From a virus: a DNA stretch of 64,000 bases. The notes under the pieces were generated by a model that saw only the letters and a list, made by a program, of their open reading frames with translations, had not been told where the DNA came from and searched no databases. The translations under genes were made by a program, and so were the position numbers. Below, piece after piece: positions 41,044-50,385 of the stretch. Position 1 is the first letter of the stretch, and the number at the start of each line of letters is the position of its first letter. The stretch lies in the IMG/VR virus record IMGVR_UViG_3300035211_000097, positions 31,703-95,702 of that record; one strand, 5' to 3'.

Positions 41044-41674
41044 CTACCGTACATATCAAAAACCACAGACTGTTGATACTGCCAAGTATACGGATAAACA
41101 GGCGCAGGCGATAACCGGTTTTTATAATCCTGAAGAGGTTGTAGATTTATTTGAGCGGTTTTCTTTTGATAGTAGGCAAATAGCCTTTTGTTTGGAAACT
41201 GCTTTAGGCTATCCCTCTGTTTCAAAGTTGATAAAAAAATTGGGGATATCAGACTGGACATATTATAAGTGGAAGCATGATCCTAAAATAATACAGTGCG
41301 TTGATGCATTGAAAAGAAATCGTAGATTGTTTGAAATGGCTACTTATGACAATTTGCGTAATAGGATGTATCAGTCTCTCCATGAGTTGCTGGATTATAA
41401 AGTTACCTCTGCTAATTTTGCTTCCAAGAAAGAACTTCTGGTGTTTATCCATAAATTATTGGAAGGAGGTCAGCCTACAAAGAAGACATTACGGGTGGCT
41501 TATCAGGAAGAGCCGGTTGATCCTTATGGCGTAGAAAGTGCGACAGAGAGAGATGTCACGCCGTCTGATAGATTGCGTCCTGAGGATATAACCCCGGATA
41601 CTTTAAATGATTTACGAAAACAGTTGGTAGAAAAAATAGACACTCTTGAGGTATTGCATGACGACAGCGTCTGA
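40952..41674 (+). CDS. Putative terminase small subunit (HTH)
   Basis: LIKKLGISDWTYYKWK HTH directly upstream of TerL; start uncertain. Confidence 0.55.
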   Translation: MMGVIVQTSEKSSKQNEKSLQRKSLLKRVNDYRTYQKPQTVDTAKYTDKQAQAITGFYNPEEVVDLFERFSFDSRQIAFCLETALGYPSVSKLIKKLGISDWTYYKWKHDPKIIQCVDALKRNRRLFEMATYDNLRNRMYQSLHELLDYKVTSANFASKKELLVFIHKLLEGGQPTKKTLRVAYQEEPVDPYGVESATERDVTPSDRLRPEDITPDTLNDLRKQLVEKIDTLEVLHDDSV

Positions 41675-43679
41675 CAGGATGTCTGAGTATATTGAGTTGA
41701 AAAAGTTATTGCGCAGGTATGCAGTTGCTGAGAAAAAGATTAGTATTGGCTACCCTGCATATAATTGGGCCTTGAATCATCACCGGAATTCTAAGCTGGA
41801 ACCAATGACTTTTGAAGATGCGTGGTTTTTGCTGCCATTATATAAAAATATAGGAAAGTGGGAGCAGTTTGTAGTTCAGAAGTCTGTTCAGTGTGGGCTC
41901 TCTGAACTTTTTATTATTCAGTCACATTATGAAGCATCTTTGGGAATGTCGGTTATGTATGTTCTGCCTAAATATGAATTGCGTAACCGTTTTGTAAATA
42001 ATCGAATATATAAGCTACATAAGAAAGTACCATGGTATACAAAGCTGGTAGCGCAGGCTGGTACTTCTGTACACAGAACTTCGTTGATGCATTTTGGCAG
42101 GGGTACTTTGATTTATGTCGGGTCGAATGTTGAAGATGAATTTATTGAAGTGCCTGTGGATTCTGCCTATGTTGATGAGAAAGACAGGTGCAATCATAAG
42201 AATTTATTGATGCTGCCCGACAGGTATAGTGCATCCAAGCATAAGTTTCATAGGGAAATTTCTAATCCTACTGTAGATAAGTATGGGATCAATGCCCGAT
42301 ATCGTGAAAGCTCACAGGGTCTGTGGAATTATAAATGTGATCATTGTGGTCATTATTTTACACCTGATTTTTTTAAGCACGTTGTTCGGGAGGTTGGTGA
42401 TCGACAATTTGAAGTTATCGATCCTGCTTTTGATCTTGACTTGTACCGTAAGAAAGACAGAAACACGGATGTTCGGGTGATCTGTGATAAATGTGAAAGG
42501 CCAGTTAATCGTTTAATGAAAGGTGAGTGGGTACATGGCTATCCTACTCGTGAGTGGATAGGTGTTCTGGTTAGTAAAATATTTTCCCGGAATAATACTC
42601 TGTATGATTTGGTAGTAAAATGGGAAGATGGGAAAGATAACGAGTATAAACGGCAGGTGTTTTTTAACAGTGATCTGGGTCTTACTTATTCGGGAGAAGG
42701 TAATCAGATTACTGAAGGAATGATGGCTGAGTGTGCTGTCAGATATTCTTTTCCCGTACGACAGGTAGACTCTGTTGATACTTTGCTGATGGGTGTGGAT
42801 GTGGGTGCTGTTCTTAATTATGTGATTCGCAGGCGGGTTAAGGTTGATACAAAAGTGAAATTACAGTTGATCGAGTTGGGTACAGTTCCCTCTTTTACTG
42901 CTCTGGGAGATGTAATCAGGAAGTGGAAGCCGAAACGGGTTGTGGTAGATGCGCAGCCTGAAATCCATAAGATCATGGAGCTTAAGGCAGATTTTCCCGG
43001 TAAGGTTTTCAGTGCGAGGTTTGCACAGGGTACTACAGCCTTGTCTTATAATAAACAACGGCGTGAGTATTCCATGGATAGGACAGCTTCTCTTGATTAC
43101 GTTCTGGAATACTTTACAACAAAAACATACTTGTTACCGTTGAATTTTCGGGACATTTCGGGAGGTACATATAAGTCGCAGATGATTGCCAGCAGCCGTA
43201 TTTTAGATACAAATGAAGAGCATCCTGAGAAGTCCCGGTTTGACTGGGTACATACTGATCCCGATCATTATTTTTTGGCCGAGGCTTATTTGGTTATGGC
43301 ACATCTTAGTCTACCGATGCATGATCTTTTTGAATTTTTTGAAAAAGAGGTTGAAGTTCAGAGGCAGACAAATGCATATGACAAGGCTAAATTTATAGAC
43401 GCTGCGGATCGGGAAGCTGTAGCAGAAGCAATGCGCATAACTCCACAGGTTTTTTTGGATGGTGTCAGGAGACAGGATGCTGTTAAGAAAGATACCTTGA
43501 AGCCGAGAGTTGATGAAAGGGAAATTCGTCGGGCTATTGATTTCTTTTATAAACAGCAAGGTTATGTGGATTTAAAATTGTGTGCTAATATGTGTCATGA
43601 ACATGAAGACGATGTGAAACGATGGTTGAAAATAAAGGGATTCAGTGAAAGTAACATCAAAGGCCAGTATATCAAGTGA
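41646..43679 (+). CDS. Terminase large subunit (GpA-type)
   Basis: KSVQCGLSE Walker A, VDE, ISNPT, Cys clusters, GVDVG nuclease motif, PDHY. Confidence 0.88.
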   Translation: MRYCMTTASDRMSEYIELKKLLRRYAVAEKKISIGYPAYNWALNHHRNSKLEPMTFEDAWFLLPLYKNIGKWEQFVVQKSVQCGLSELFIIQSHYEASLGMSVMYVLPKYELRNRFVNNRIYKLHKKVPWYTKLVAQAGTSVHRTSLMHFGRGTLIYVGSNVEDEFIEVPVDSAYVDEKDRCNHKNLLMLPDRYSASKHKFHREISNPTVDKYGINARYRESSQGLWNYKCDHCGHYFTPDFFKHVVREVGDRQFEVIDPAFDLDLYRKKDRNTDVRVICDKCERPVNRLMKGEWVHGYPTREWIGVLVSKIFSRNNTLYDLVVKWEDGKDNEYKRQVFFNSDLGLTYSGEGNQITEGMMAECAVRYSFPVRQVDSVDTLLMGVDVGAVLNYVIRRRVKVDTKVKLQLIELGTVPSFTALGDVIRKWKPKRVVVDAQPEIHKIMELKADFPGKVFSARFAQGTTALSYNKQRREYSMDRTASLDYVLEYFTTKTYLLPLNFRDISGGTYKSQMIASSRILDTNEEHPEKSRFDWVHTDPDHYFLAEAYLVMAHLSLPMHDLFEFFEKEVEVQRQTNAYDKAKFIDAADREAVAEAMRITPQVFLDGVRRQDAVKKDTLKPRVDEREIRRAIDFFYKQQGYVDLKLCANMCHEHEDDVKRWLKIKGFSESNIKGQYIK

Positions 43680-43977
43680 TCTTCTCTTTTGTTCTTACTG
43701 TGAATCGTGGCTCAAGAAGTCGGCTTTCAGTAACGGGTCACCTATCTGCAAAGTTTGTACCGATGTTTATTTACAAGTGGACAGTTATCGGGAACCTACT
43801 TATTCTACTATTTTAAATGGATATGTAAATTTATTTTTGGCTATCAGGGATCGGGCCATACTGGATCATGCGCAGGAAGATTTTGACAGTTATTGGATAT
43901 GGCAATTCTCTGATGTTTGGGATTCTCTCAGTTCTCTCTTCCGGTCTGACAATTCATATAAAATTTCTGATATTTAA
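43645..43977 (+). CDS. Hypothetical zinc-finger protein
   Basis: CxxC...CxxC; start uncertain. Confidence 0.4.
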   Translation: MKVTSKASISSDLLFCSYCESWLKKSAFSNGSPICKVCTDVYLQVDSYREPTYSTILNGYVNLFLAIRDRAILDHAQEDFDSYWIWQFSDVWDSLSSLFRSDNSYKISDI

Positions 43978-44048
43978 ATTTAGGGACGATAAAGTAACAA
44001 TTTGACATATAACTTGACTCATGTTATAATTAAGTATAAGTAAGGGAA
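43976..44048 (+). promoter_or_regulatory. Early sigma70 promoter, copy A (perfect consensus)
   Basis: TTGACA (44002-44007)-17 nt-TATAAT (44025-44030); the 73-bp block is repeated at 45613 with 4 mismatches. Confidence 0.9.
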
Positions 44049-44213
44049 GGATATTTGACAGAGCAGGGAAAGGGAGTTCAGGGAACTGACTAAAGGATTG
44101 TCGGACTGAATGGATCGAGTACTGAAGTAGAGAAGGATGCATACCCTCCTATCTGATAACTTGATTGAAGTTATGAGACGGGAGAAACCCGAAGCAATAT
44201 TTTGGAGGTAGGC
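44037..44213 (+). ncRNA. Structured 5' leader RNA, copy A
   Basis: Shares GGAGTTCAGGGAACTGACTA, TGTCGGACTGAATGGAT and GAAGGATGCATACCCTCCT, plus two similarly placed hairpins, with copy B. Confidence 0.55.
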
Positions 44214-44215
44214 AA

Positions 44216-44401
44216 ATGCATAAAGGAAGACTTGAGATGGCCAGAGAATATGGACGGAAAGCTTTTAAAGCAGGGAAGAAAAGAGTACCGGCATTGGACA
44301 ATAATTTGCCGAGATTTATGAAATATGATAATGCTAAATACGCCGTGGCTCTTCTGAAAGAATGGTTTACTGGATGGGATGAAATGAACATGGCTGATTA
44401 A
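44216..44401 (+). CDS. Early hypothetical protein
   Basis: SD GGAGG; first gene after promoter A. Confidence 0.65.
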   Translation: MHKGRLEMAREYGRKAFKAGKKRVPALDNNLPRFMKYDNAKYAVALLKEWFTGWDEMNMAD

Positions 44402-44463
44402 AGACTTTGTGGGTAGTTCTACGGAGCTACTTGCTGACTCTTTATACTTTGGAGGTATGTAAG

Positions 44464-44775
44464 ATGAAGAAAGACTTTTTTAAGGATTTCAGGTACGAAG
44501 ACAAAATTACAGACGTTGTCTCTGTTAAGATGAATACGGTTGTGGTTATGGTTGATGATCTTGAGATTACAGTACAGCTGGTTCCGGGTGGCGTAGGCCA
44601 TTACGATATCTGGGTTTCGTTCGGAAAGGGATATATCAGAAAGACTTATTACAGAAGAACGATGACGGAAGCCGATAGAGAATGGTTTATGGAATTCCGG
44701 GAAGTGTCTCTGGAAATACGTGATGAGAAAGCGACACATTTTTTCGATGACATTGAAAAACGGTTGTATGGGTAA
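44464..44775 (+). CDS. Early hypothetical protein
   Basis: SD TTGGAGGT, ATG 44464. Confidence 0.65.
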   Translation: MKKDFFKDFRYEDKITDVVSVKMNTVVVMVDDLEITVQLVPGGVGHYDIWVSFGKGYIRKTYYRRTMTEADREWFMEFREVSLEIRDEKATHFFDDIEKRLYG

Positions 44776-44833
44776 AGGCTTTGTGGACAGCTCTTCGGAG
44801 CTGCCTGCTGATTCTTTACTTGGAGGTATTGAT

Positions 44834-45049
44834 ATGCAAACACAAACGGAATTTATAAATGACACTGGTTCCTCTGTGATTATGACAGTCACAGAGCGTG
44901 GAAAATACAGTACCCTTACTGTTGAGCATGAAGATTATGACGGACAGGGTGGGCCAGTACACGAGCAGGACGTACCTGCTGACGAGATAGATAAAGTCTG
45001 TCGGGAGTGGGTACGGGATTTGCTCGGCTTAAAGTTCAGACCAGTGTAA
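44834..45049 (+). CDS. Early hypothetical protein
   Basis: SD TTGGAGGT, ATG 44834. Confidence 0.6.
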   Translation: MQTQTEFINDTGSSVIMTVTERGKYSTLTVEHEDYDGQGGPVHEQDVPADEIDKVCREWVRDLLGLKFRPV

Positions 45050-45126
45050 AAGTTTTGTGGACAGTCCTACGGGGCTGCCTGCTGAATCTTTATACTTTAT
45101 ATTATAAGAGATTGAGGAGGTCAGCG

Positions 45127-45357
45127 GTGATAGAATATTGGGATAATATTGATATAAAACTTATAAAAAAACCTAATATGTATGGATTGATATTTGAGGT
45201 AAACTCATTGGCTTATGATGAATTGGAGTTATACATCGGGGAGCTTATTGAGTTTGAAGGTCAAAAATATATGGTTAAAACAGTGAATCATCTTTCTTCA
45301 GAAAAAAGAGAAAGCAGGGTCTATATCGGTTCAAAACTTATATCTAAATCTCTTTGA
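45127..45357 (+). CDS. Early hypothetical protein
   Basis: SD GAGGAGG, GTG 45127. Confidence 0.55.
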   Translation: MIEYWDNIDIKLIKKPNMYGLIFEVNSLAYDELELYIGELIEFEGQKYMVKTVNHLSSEKRESRVYIGSKLISKSL

Positions 45358-45461
45358 ACGGAACACGGTATTTGAGTGTGGATCACTGCGAATATCTGGA
45401 TTAAAGATTTTGTGGGTCGTCTATTGGACGGCTTGCTGAACCTTTAACGATGGAGGGTTTT

Positions 45462-45581
45462 ATGATTGGTGTATGCATTGGTGTAGTATTTGTGGGATTG
45501 TTGATAACAGCTTTCCTACTGTACCGGAAAGATTTAAAAGAGTGTCAGGTGTATTTTGGAATCTACAAGTATAGAAAGTAA
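45462..45581 (+). CDS. 39-aa single-TM membrane peptide (not in ORF track)
   Basis: SD GGAGG; MIGVCIGVVFVGLLITAFLLYRKDLK... Confidence 0.55.
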   Translation: MIGVCIGVVFVGLLITAFLLYRKDLKECQVYFGIYKYRK

Positions 45582-45590
45582 GAAGTAAAA

Positions 45591-45612
45591 TGCAGGGCGT
45601 TCCTGCCCTGCA
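45591..45612. terminator. GC-rich hairpin before promoter B
   Basis: TGCAGGGC-GTTCCT-GCCCTGCA flanked by A-tracts. Confidence 0.45.
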
Positions 45613-45685
45613 AAATTTAGGGACGATAAAGTAACAATTTTACATATAACTTGACTCATGTCATAATAGAGTATAAGTAAGGGAA
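45613..45685 (+). promoter_or_regulatory. Early sigma70 promoter, copy B
   Basis: TTTACA-17 nt-CATAAT within a near-identical duplicate of 43976-44048. Confidence 0.8.
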
Positions 45686-45873
45686 AGGGAGATCAAACCT
45701 GAAGTACTTAAGGTCTTTGAAAGATGAAGGGGGAAGGAGTTCAGGGAACTGACTATGATGTCGGACTGAATGGATAAACCCCGGATAAGCGAAGGATGCA
45801 TACCCTCCTTTCAGAGAGTTTAGAAATGAACTTTCCGATGGGAGTAATCCCAAAAAAACCTTGGAGGTATGCT
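45674..45873 (+). ncRNA. Structured 5' leader RNA, copy B
   Basis: Same conserved blocks as copy A; TGGGA-GTAA-TCCCA GNRA hairpin before the SD. Confidence 0.55.
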
Positions 45874-46770
45874 ATGAAAGCTACTAAATCAAATCCCTTT
45901 TTTACAGTATCAAGAGAAGAACTTTACAGGAAGAACACTACAAACAAACCGGAAAACGGAAAGATGATCTATACAGGTTATGACAGCCTTTACCGGAAAG
46001 ACAACGGCAGACAGCTGGCAGTAGTTAGCAAACAGTATGAGGTTATTACTCATCGAGAAGCCGTTGACACAGCACACCACGCTCTGCGTGATGTGGGGAT
46101 AATGAACTTTAAATTTGAAAGTGAAGTATCCTATAGTGGTGCGCAGCTGTTTCACAAGATACAGTTTCCTGAATACAAGTTTAATCTTGATGACAACAAT
46201 GGTAAGTCACTGAGAGGTACCGCACTGGACTCTGGCAGTAAACTGGGTGAAGGTGCTGTTCCGCAGATCGTGGTCAAGAACACTTACGATGGAACATCCA
46301 GCTTGAATTTTACTTATGGTATTTTCAGATTGGTCTGTTCAAACGGCATGATGGTCGGCACACAGGTTGACAAGATTGCAGTTACCCATTCAGGTGAAAT
46401 TGATTTTGAGAGTATTGGTGATCGTATCATTGAAAATCTGGAAGCAACAATCGAAGGTGCTAAACGCAGTTACCAAAAGCTGAATGCTGAAGACGGTTTT
46501 GATCTGTTCAAACAGATCATGATTACAGATGCATGGCTCAGTAACCGCTACAATAACCTTGTGTTTGATATGCTTGAAAAACAGGTAACTGTAGAGTGGG
46601 ATAAAGACGAAGAAACCGACAAGCTCGTTCCTGTCGATGCTCGTCTTAAACAAGAGTTTTCAAAGTATGCACTGTGGTGTGTATTAACTGAAGTGGTAAC
46701 ACACAGAATCCACTCGGCACAGCACAGGGACAGGTTAAGTCGAAAGATTGCAAAGTCTTTCACTGCCTGA
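45874..46770 (+). CDS. DUF932-family protein
   Basis: VVSKQYEVI, NTYDGTSS and FRLVCSNGM motifs. Confidence 0.8.
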   Translation: MKATKSNPFFTVSREELYRKNTTNKPENGKMIYTGYDSLYRKDNGRQLAVVSKQYEVITHREAVDTAHHALRDVGIMNFKFESEVSYSGAQLFHKIQFPEYKFNLDDNNGKSLRGTALDSGSKLGEGAVPQIVVKNTYDGTSSLNFTYGIFRLVCSNGMMVGTQVDKIAVTHSGEIDFESIGDRIIENLEATIEGAKRSYQKLNAEDGFDLFKQIMITDAWLSNRYNNLVFDMLEKQVTVEWDKDEETDKLVPVDARLKQEFSKYALWCVLTEVVTHRIHSAQHRDRLSRKIAKSFTA

Positions 46771-46844
46771 TGGCTTTGTGGGCGGTTCCACGGAACCGCT
46801 TGCTGAACTCATCAGGGTTCTAAAAATACTTGGAGGTATGCCAG

Positions 46845-47153
46845 ATGAAAATTGAGAAAGGAACAATATTGAACTTTAGAGGATCATGGGGATCGGGAAT
46901 CGGATATCTTGTAATTCAGAAAGAAGGCGAGAGAGAAGAGATATCGGTACCATGTGAAAACGGTGCTACAGTCAGAGCGTTATCCAATTACGTAGACTGT
47001 ATTACTACTGGTCACGGCGTGGATGTGGACAAGATAAAAGGCATGGAAATATTCTACGCAATGGAAGGCTGGGGAACAATGGCCGGGCTCGTTCCTACCG
47101 AACATGCAACTCCTGAGATGTGGGATTTGTATGAGTCTGGTTACGAAGACTAA
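46845..47153 (+). CDS. Early hypothetical protein
   Basis: SD TTGGAGGT, ATG 46845. Confidence 0.65.
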   Translation: MKIEKGTILNFRGSWGSGIGYLVIQKEGEREEISVPCENGATVRALSNYVDCITTGHGVDVDKIKGMEIFYAMEGWGTMAGLVPTEHATPEMWDLYESGYED

Positions 47154-47215
47154 GGGCTTTGTGGGTGGTTCCACTGGAACCACTTGCTGAACTTTTAGTT
47201 CAGGAGGTATGACAG

Positions 47216-47545
47216 ATGGTACTTTTAACACAGGAAATTCTTAAAAGGATTCCGAGCATTGACGAGGATCGTGCGGTTGAACCGGACAGTGAAAAAAGAA
47301 TGGCGCATGCCAAGCTATTCACTCCCGATGCAAACTGGACATGGTACTTGATTGCTTATGATCCTGAAGAGGAACTGGCGTACGGTCTGGTAAAAGGATT
47401 CGAGGTAGAATTCGGTTACATCAGTATGGCAGAGATCAAGAATCTCAGGGGGCCGATGGGTCTGGCTGTTGAGCGTGACAGGAGCTTTACCAAGATGAAC
47501 GTGAAAGAGCTGTACGACAAAATCAAAGCTGGAAAGCATGTGTAG
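47216..47545 (+). CDS. DUF2958-family protein
   Basis: KLFTPDANWTWY...GFEVEFGYIS...VERD motif. Confidence 0.8.
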   Translation: MVLLTQEILKRIPSIDEDRAVEPDSEKRMAHAKLFTPDANWTWYLIAYDPEEELAYGLVKGFEVEFGYISMAEIKNLRGPMGLAVERDRSFTKMNVKELYDKIKAGKHV

Positions 47546-47631
47546 CTTAAAACCTTGGGGATGAGATTACGGTCTCATTCCTTGGGTGGTAAGACACTGA
47601 AAAATCTGAAATAACCTTGGAGGTATGTGAG

Positions 47632-47976
47632 ATGGGAATATTAAGAACAAATGATTGGGAGATGTTCAGGTATTCGTTATTCTGCGATATTCTTGAACAG
47701 CTCGGTGGATCAGAACCTACAGACGAAGATATTTGGGAACAGATGCGAGAGTCTGTAGAGGTACCATTGGCTGAGAATTACTATTATGATGAGGTGTTAG
47801 GCCGTATCAAAGCAAAGCTTGATGAGGAAGGCATTGAGTCAAGTTATTATGTTAATTCTCGGGATACTCATTTACACATCTATATTGATGGTTGTTCAGA
47901 AGAAGTTACCAGCATGTCAGAATTTGATGATATGTATGAACGGGCTAAAGCTGAACTTGACGATGTTGATGAGTAG
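47632..47976 (+). CDS. Early acidic hypothetical protein
   Basis: SD TTGGAGGT, ATG 47632. Confidence 0.65.
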   Translation: MGILRTNDWEMFRYSLFCDILEQLGGSEPTDEDIWEQMRESVEVPLAENYYYDEVLGRIKAKLDEEGIESSYYVNSRDTHLHIYIDGCSEEVTSMSEFDDMYERAKAELDDVDE

Positions 47977-48034
47977 GTTTTCTGAGCTGTCTATAGGGCA
48001 GCTTGGTGAATTTTAATGCTTGGAGGTATGTGAT

Positions 48035-48409
48035 ATGAAGAAAAGAAAAACAGCTGATGTGTATTATCAGACACCGCTACAATGGAAAGATTTACTGGGG
48101 GTATCAGTACGACAGCGTGAGAATCTTCAGTATGTGGTCAAGCTAAATGAAGTTGAACAGAAAGGCCGTTATAAGTTTGTCAGGTCGATAGATTATAGCT
48201 GGCTACCACAGACTAAACAAGAGGCTGATACTTTGGATGAAGTTTATCGGTTGATGCAGGGCGAGGTCTGGTCACCTAATGGGGAGGCCAGAGAGTTGAT
48301 TGAGTCTTTGAGACTTCACCATACATCTATGAGTGTAGGTGATGTGGTGAAACTTGCAGATGGTACTTTCTGGATACTTAATAGTATCGGCTGGGGGCGG
48401 TTGAGCTGA
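48035..48409 (+). CDS. YodL-like protein
   Basis: HTSMSVGDVV motif. Confidence 0.6.
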   Translation: MKKRKTADVYYQTPLQWKDLLGVSVRQRENLQYVVKLNEVEQKGRYKFVRSIDYSWLPQTKQEADTLDEVYRLMQGEVWSPNGEARELIESLRLHHTSMSVGDVVKLADGTFWILNSIGWGRLS

Positions 48410-48483
48410 AGCATAGGCTTTGTGGGTAGCCTATTGGGTTACCTGCTGAACCTTATGGTTCGAGAAAATTTTGGAGGTATGCC

Positions 48484-48864
48484 ATGGAATTAACAAGCAA
48501 GAATGTAGATGCTTTATTCAAAAAGTGTTTATATACCGAAGGTGAAGTTGTTGAAGGTCATATTCCGGTAGAAGGGGTTATAACAAGGGTCGGGTTTCAT
48601 CCGGGGCGTATTGAGGAAAACAAAGTTGAAATTGAAAACTTGTTAAATCAGCTTCCTGACAGTTTCAGTAAAAGCATGGGAGGTGGACATTCATTTCTTC
48701 AGGCATGTGTGGATAACAAAGGTAGACAGTGGGGTGAACATCGGAACATTGATCAGTTGCTGATGTTGGGTCTGGCAATAGGCAAGGCACACTACTGTAT
48801 AGAAAACCGGCAGGCATGGAGAGTCATGCCGGGAGGAATGCCTTATTTCTACATCGATGATTAA
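48484..48864 (+). CDS. Conserved phage hypothetical protein
   Basis: GGGHSFLQAC.D..G.QW and PGGMPY motifs; SD. Confidence 0.65.
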   Translation: MELTSKNVDALFKKCLYTEGEVVEGHIPVEGVITRVGFHPGRIEENKVEIENLLNQLPDSFSKSMGGGHSFLQACVDNKGRQWGEHRNIDQLLMLGLAIGKAHYCIENRQAWRVMPGGMPYFYIDD

Positions 48865-48938
48865 CGGCTTTGTGGGTGGCCTGCTGGGTCACCTGCTGAA
48901 CTGTTAACCAGTTCAAAAAAATCTATGGAGGTATGCCT

Positions 48939-49139
48939 ATGAGTGAAAAGGTGAAACCCACAATTTACATTGAGGAAGGTGAAAACGTATTCGGTATCTT
49001 TGGAAGGTTCCAGAGAGAGGCCCGGAAAAACGGCTGGTCGCAGGAAGATATTGACGAGGTTCTGGATAAGGCGAAAGCCGGGGACTATGAAAATGCTGTT
49101 GCTGTGATCAAGAAAAATGTGGAGGTCGAAGAGTTATGA
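48939..49139 (+). CDS. Early hypothetical protein
   Basis: SD GGAGG; N.F.I.G...ARKNGW...GDY motif. Confidence 0.6.
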   Translation: MSEKVKPTIYIEEGENVFGIFGRFQREARKNGWSQEDIDEVLDKAKAGDYENAVAVIKKNVEVEEL

Positions 49140-49447
49140 GAGTAGATATTGATTTCACAGATGTCGGGTACGGTATCCCGGATGTCGGGGAAACGTTCAG
49201 ACGTAAACGTGGTTACACGCTGTACTTACGTGTCGATACTCGGTACATAGAGGATTTGGAATTTGAAGACAAAAGAGGTCGGGGTGGTAAGGTCAGCATG
49301 GCAAAAACATTCGATATGGATCGCTATTTTTTTGGAGTACGGGTAGATACAGGTATTATCCATTACTTCAAAAAAGAGGACGCTTACAATTGTGTTGTAA
49401 TGCCTACCAAAGTGGTCATGGATATGGAGGCTATCGATGAAGGGTGA
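49136..49447 (+). CDS. Hypothetical protein
   Basis: ATGA overlap with the upstream gene. Confidence 0.55.
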   Translation: MRVDIDFTDVGYGIPDVGETFRRKRGYTLYLRVDTRYIEDLEFEDKRGRGGKVSMAKTFDMDRYFFGVRVDTGIIHYFKKEDAYNCVVMPTKVVMDMEAIDEG

Positions 49448-49583
49448 CACACTTGAAAGAATTCAGGCAGACCTGAAGGGCCTGAAAGAAAAAGTAAGGT
49501 TGGGCCAGCTGACTTATGAGGCTTACTGTATTCAAAAGGCGAAGGTCAAAAAACGACTGAGGGAATTTCAGGGTAAAGCCTAA
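49437..49583 (+). CDS. 48-aa hypothetical protein (not in ORF track)
   Basis: SD GGAGG; MKGDTLERIQ...; its TAA begins the hairpin copy at 49581. Confidence 0.55.
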   Translation: MKGDTLERIQADLKGLKEKVRLGQLTYEAYCIQKAKVKKRLREFQGKA

Positions 49584-49654
49584 AGGCTTTGTGGGCTATC
49601 TGCTGGGTGGCCTGCTGAATCTTTATGGTTCAATATTAAATCTTGGAGGTATGT

Positions 49655-50221
49655 ATGAGTTTAAATTGGAACAGTGAAAACTGTGTGGGATGGGAAGAAC
49701 TGCAAGAGAGTGCAAAGGAACGGAGCATTACTGATGCGATTATCTGGGCTTCTTGTGTGGTTGGTATTCCTGAGATCAAGGCAGATAACATAGTGGAATT
49801 CCACTATCGGAGTAATCTGTATGATGCGATTGCCGGGGCAAGAATGCATGACTTATTGCCTATGTCGAGCGATAATAAAAGTGATTGGGCTGTACCACGT
49901 CCGATTAAGGTAGATGATTTGCAAAAGAGGATCGGATTGATGACCAATGCGCCTGAGTTTACTACTCCACAGTTCTTTAAGAACTTACGGAAGATGTATG
50001 ATCGGGAAGTTGAGAAAAGTGATTTTCATCTCCGTGGTATACTTCGGGGAGACGAGCAGGCTGAGTTTCATAAGAAACAGGGTTGTCCCGGATGCTTTTA
50101 TGCTGATGAGAAAGCGATAGCGAGAAAGATGCCTTGTTGTACTTTCGGGCAAACGTGTACCAGTCCCCCACAATTTGACAAGGATGGAAAGTGTCTCACA
50201 AGGAAAGCGAGGGGCGTATGA
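49655..50221 (+). CDS. Hypothetical protein with Cys-rich C-terminus
   Basis: SD TTGGAGGT, ATG 49655. Confidence 0.6.
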   Translation: MSLNWNSENCVGWEELQESAKERSITDAIIWASCVVGIPEIKADNIVEFHYRSNLYDAIAGARMHDLLPMSSDNKSDWAVPRPIKVDDLQKRIGLMTNAPEFTTPQFFKNLRKMYDREVEKSDFHLRGILRGDEQAEFHKKQGCPGCFYADEKAIARKMPCCTFGQTCTSPPQFDKDGKCLTRKARGV

Positions 50222-50385
50222 CTATCAAGGAAAAATGCCAGAGGGCATGTATGGCGATTGAGTACGTGAAAGAGTGGTTGGAGATTGTTGAAGAAGATGC
50301 TGGTAAAGACTTACTGCGTGTTGATGATGATAAAATGCTTGCAAATATTGAGGCTTATTTGACAAGCAGACCAACTACGAAGTAA
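50218..50385 (+). CDS. Hypothetical protein
   Basis: ATGA coupling. Confidence 0.5.
   Translation: MTIKEKCQRACMAIEYVKEWLEIVEEDAGKDLLRVDDDKMLANIEAYLTSRPTTK

Noticed and set aside
37197-43679. Introns or inteins in polymerase or terminase
   Set aside because: Both ORFs are continuous, of normal size, and lack intein terminal motifs or intervening endonucleases.
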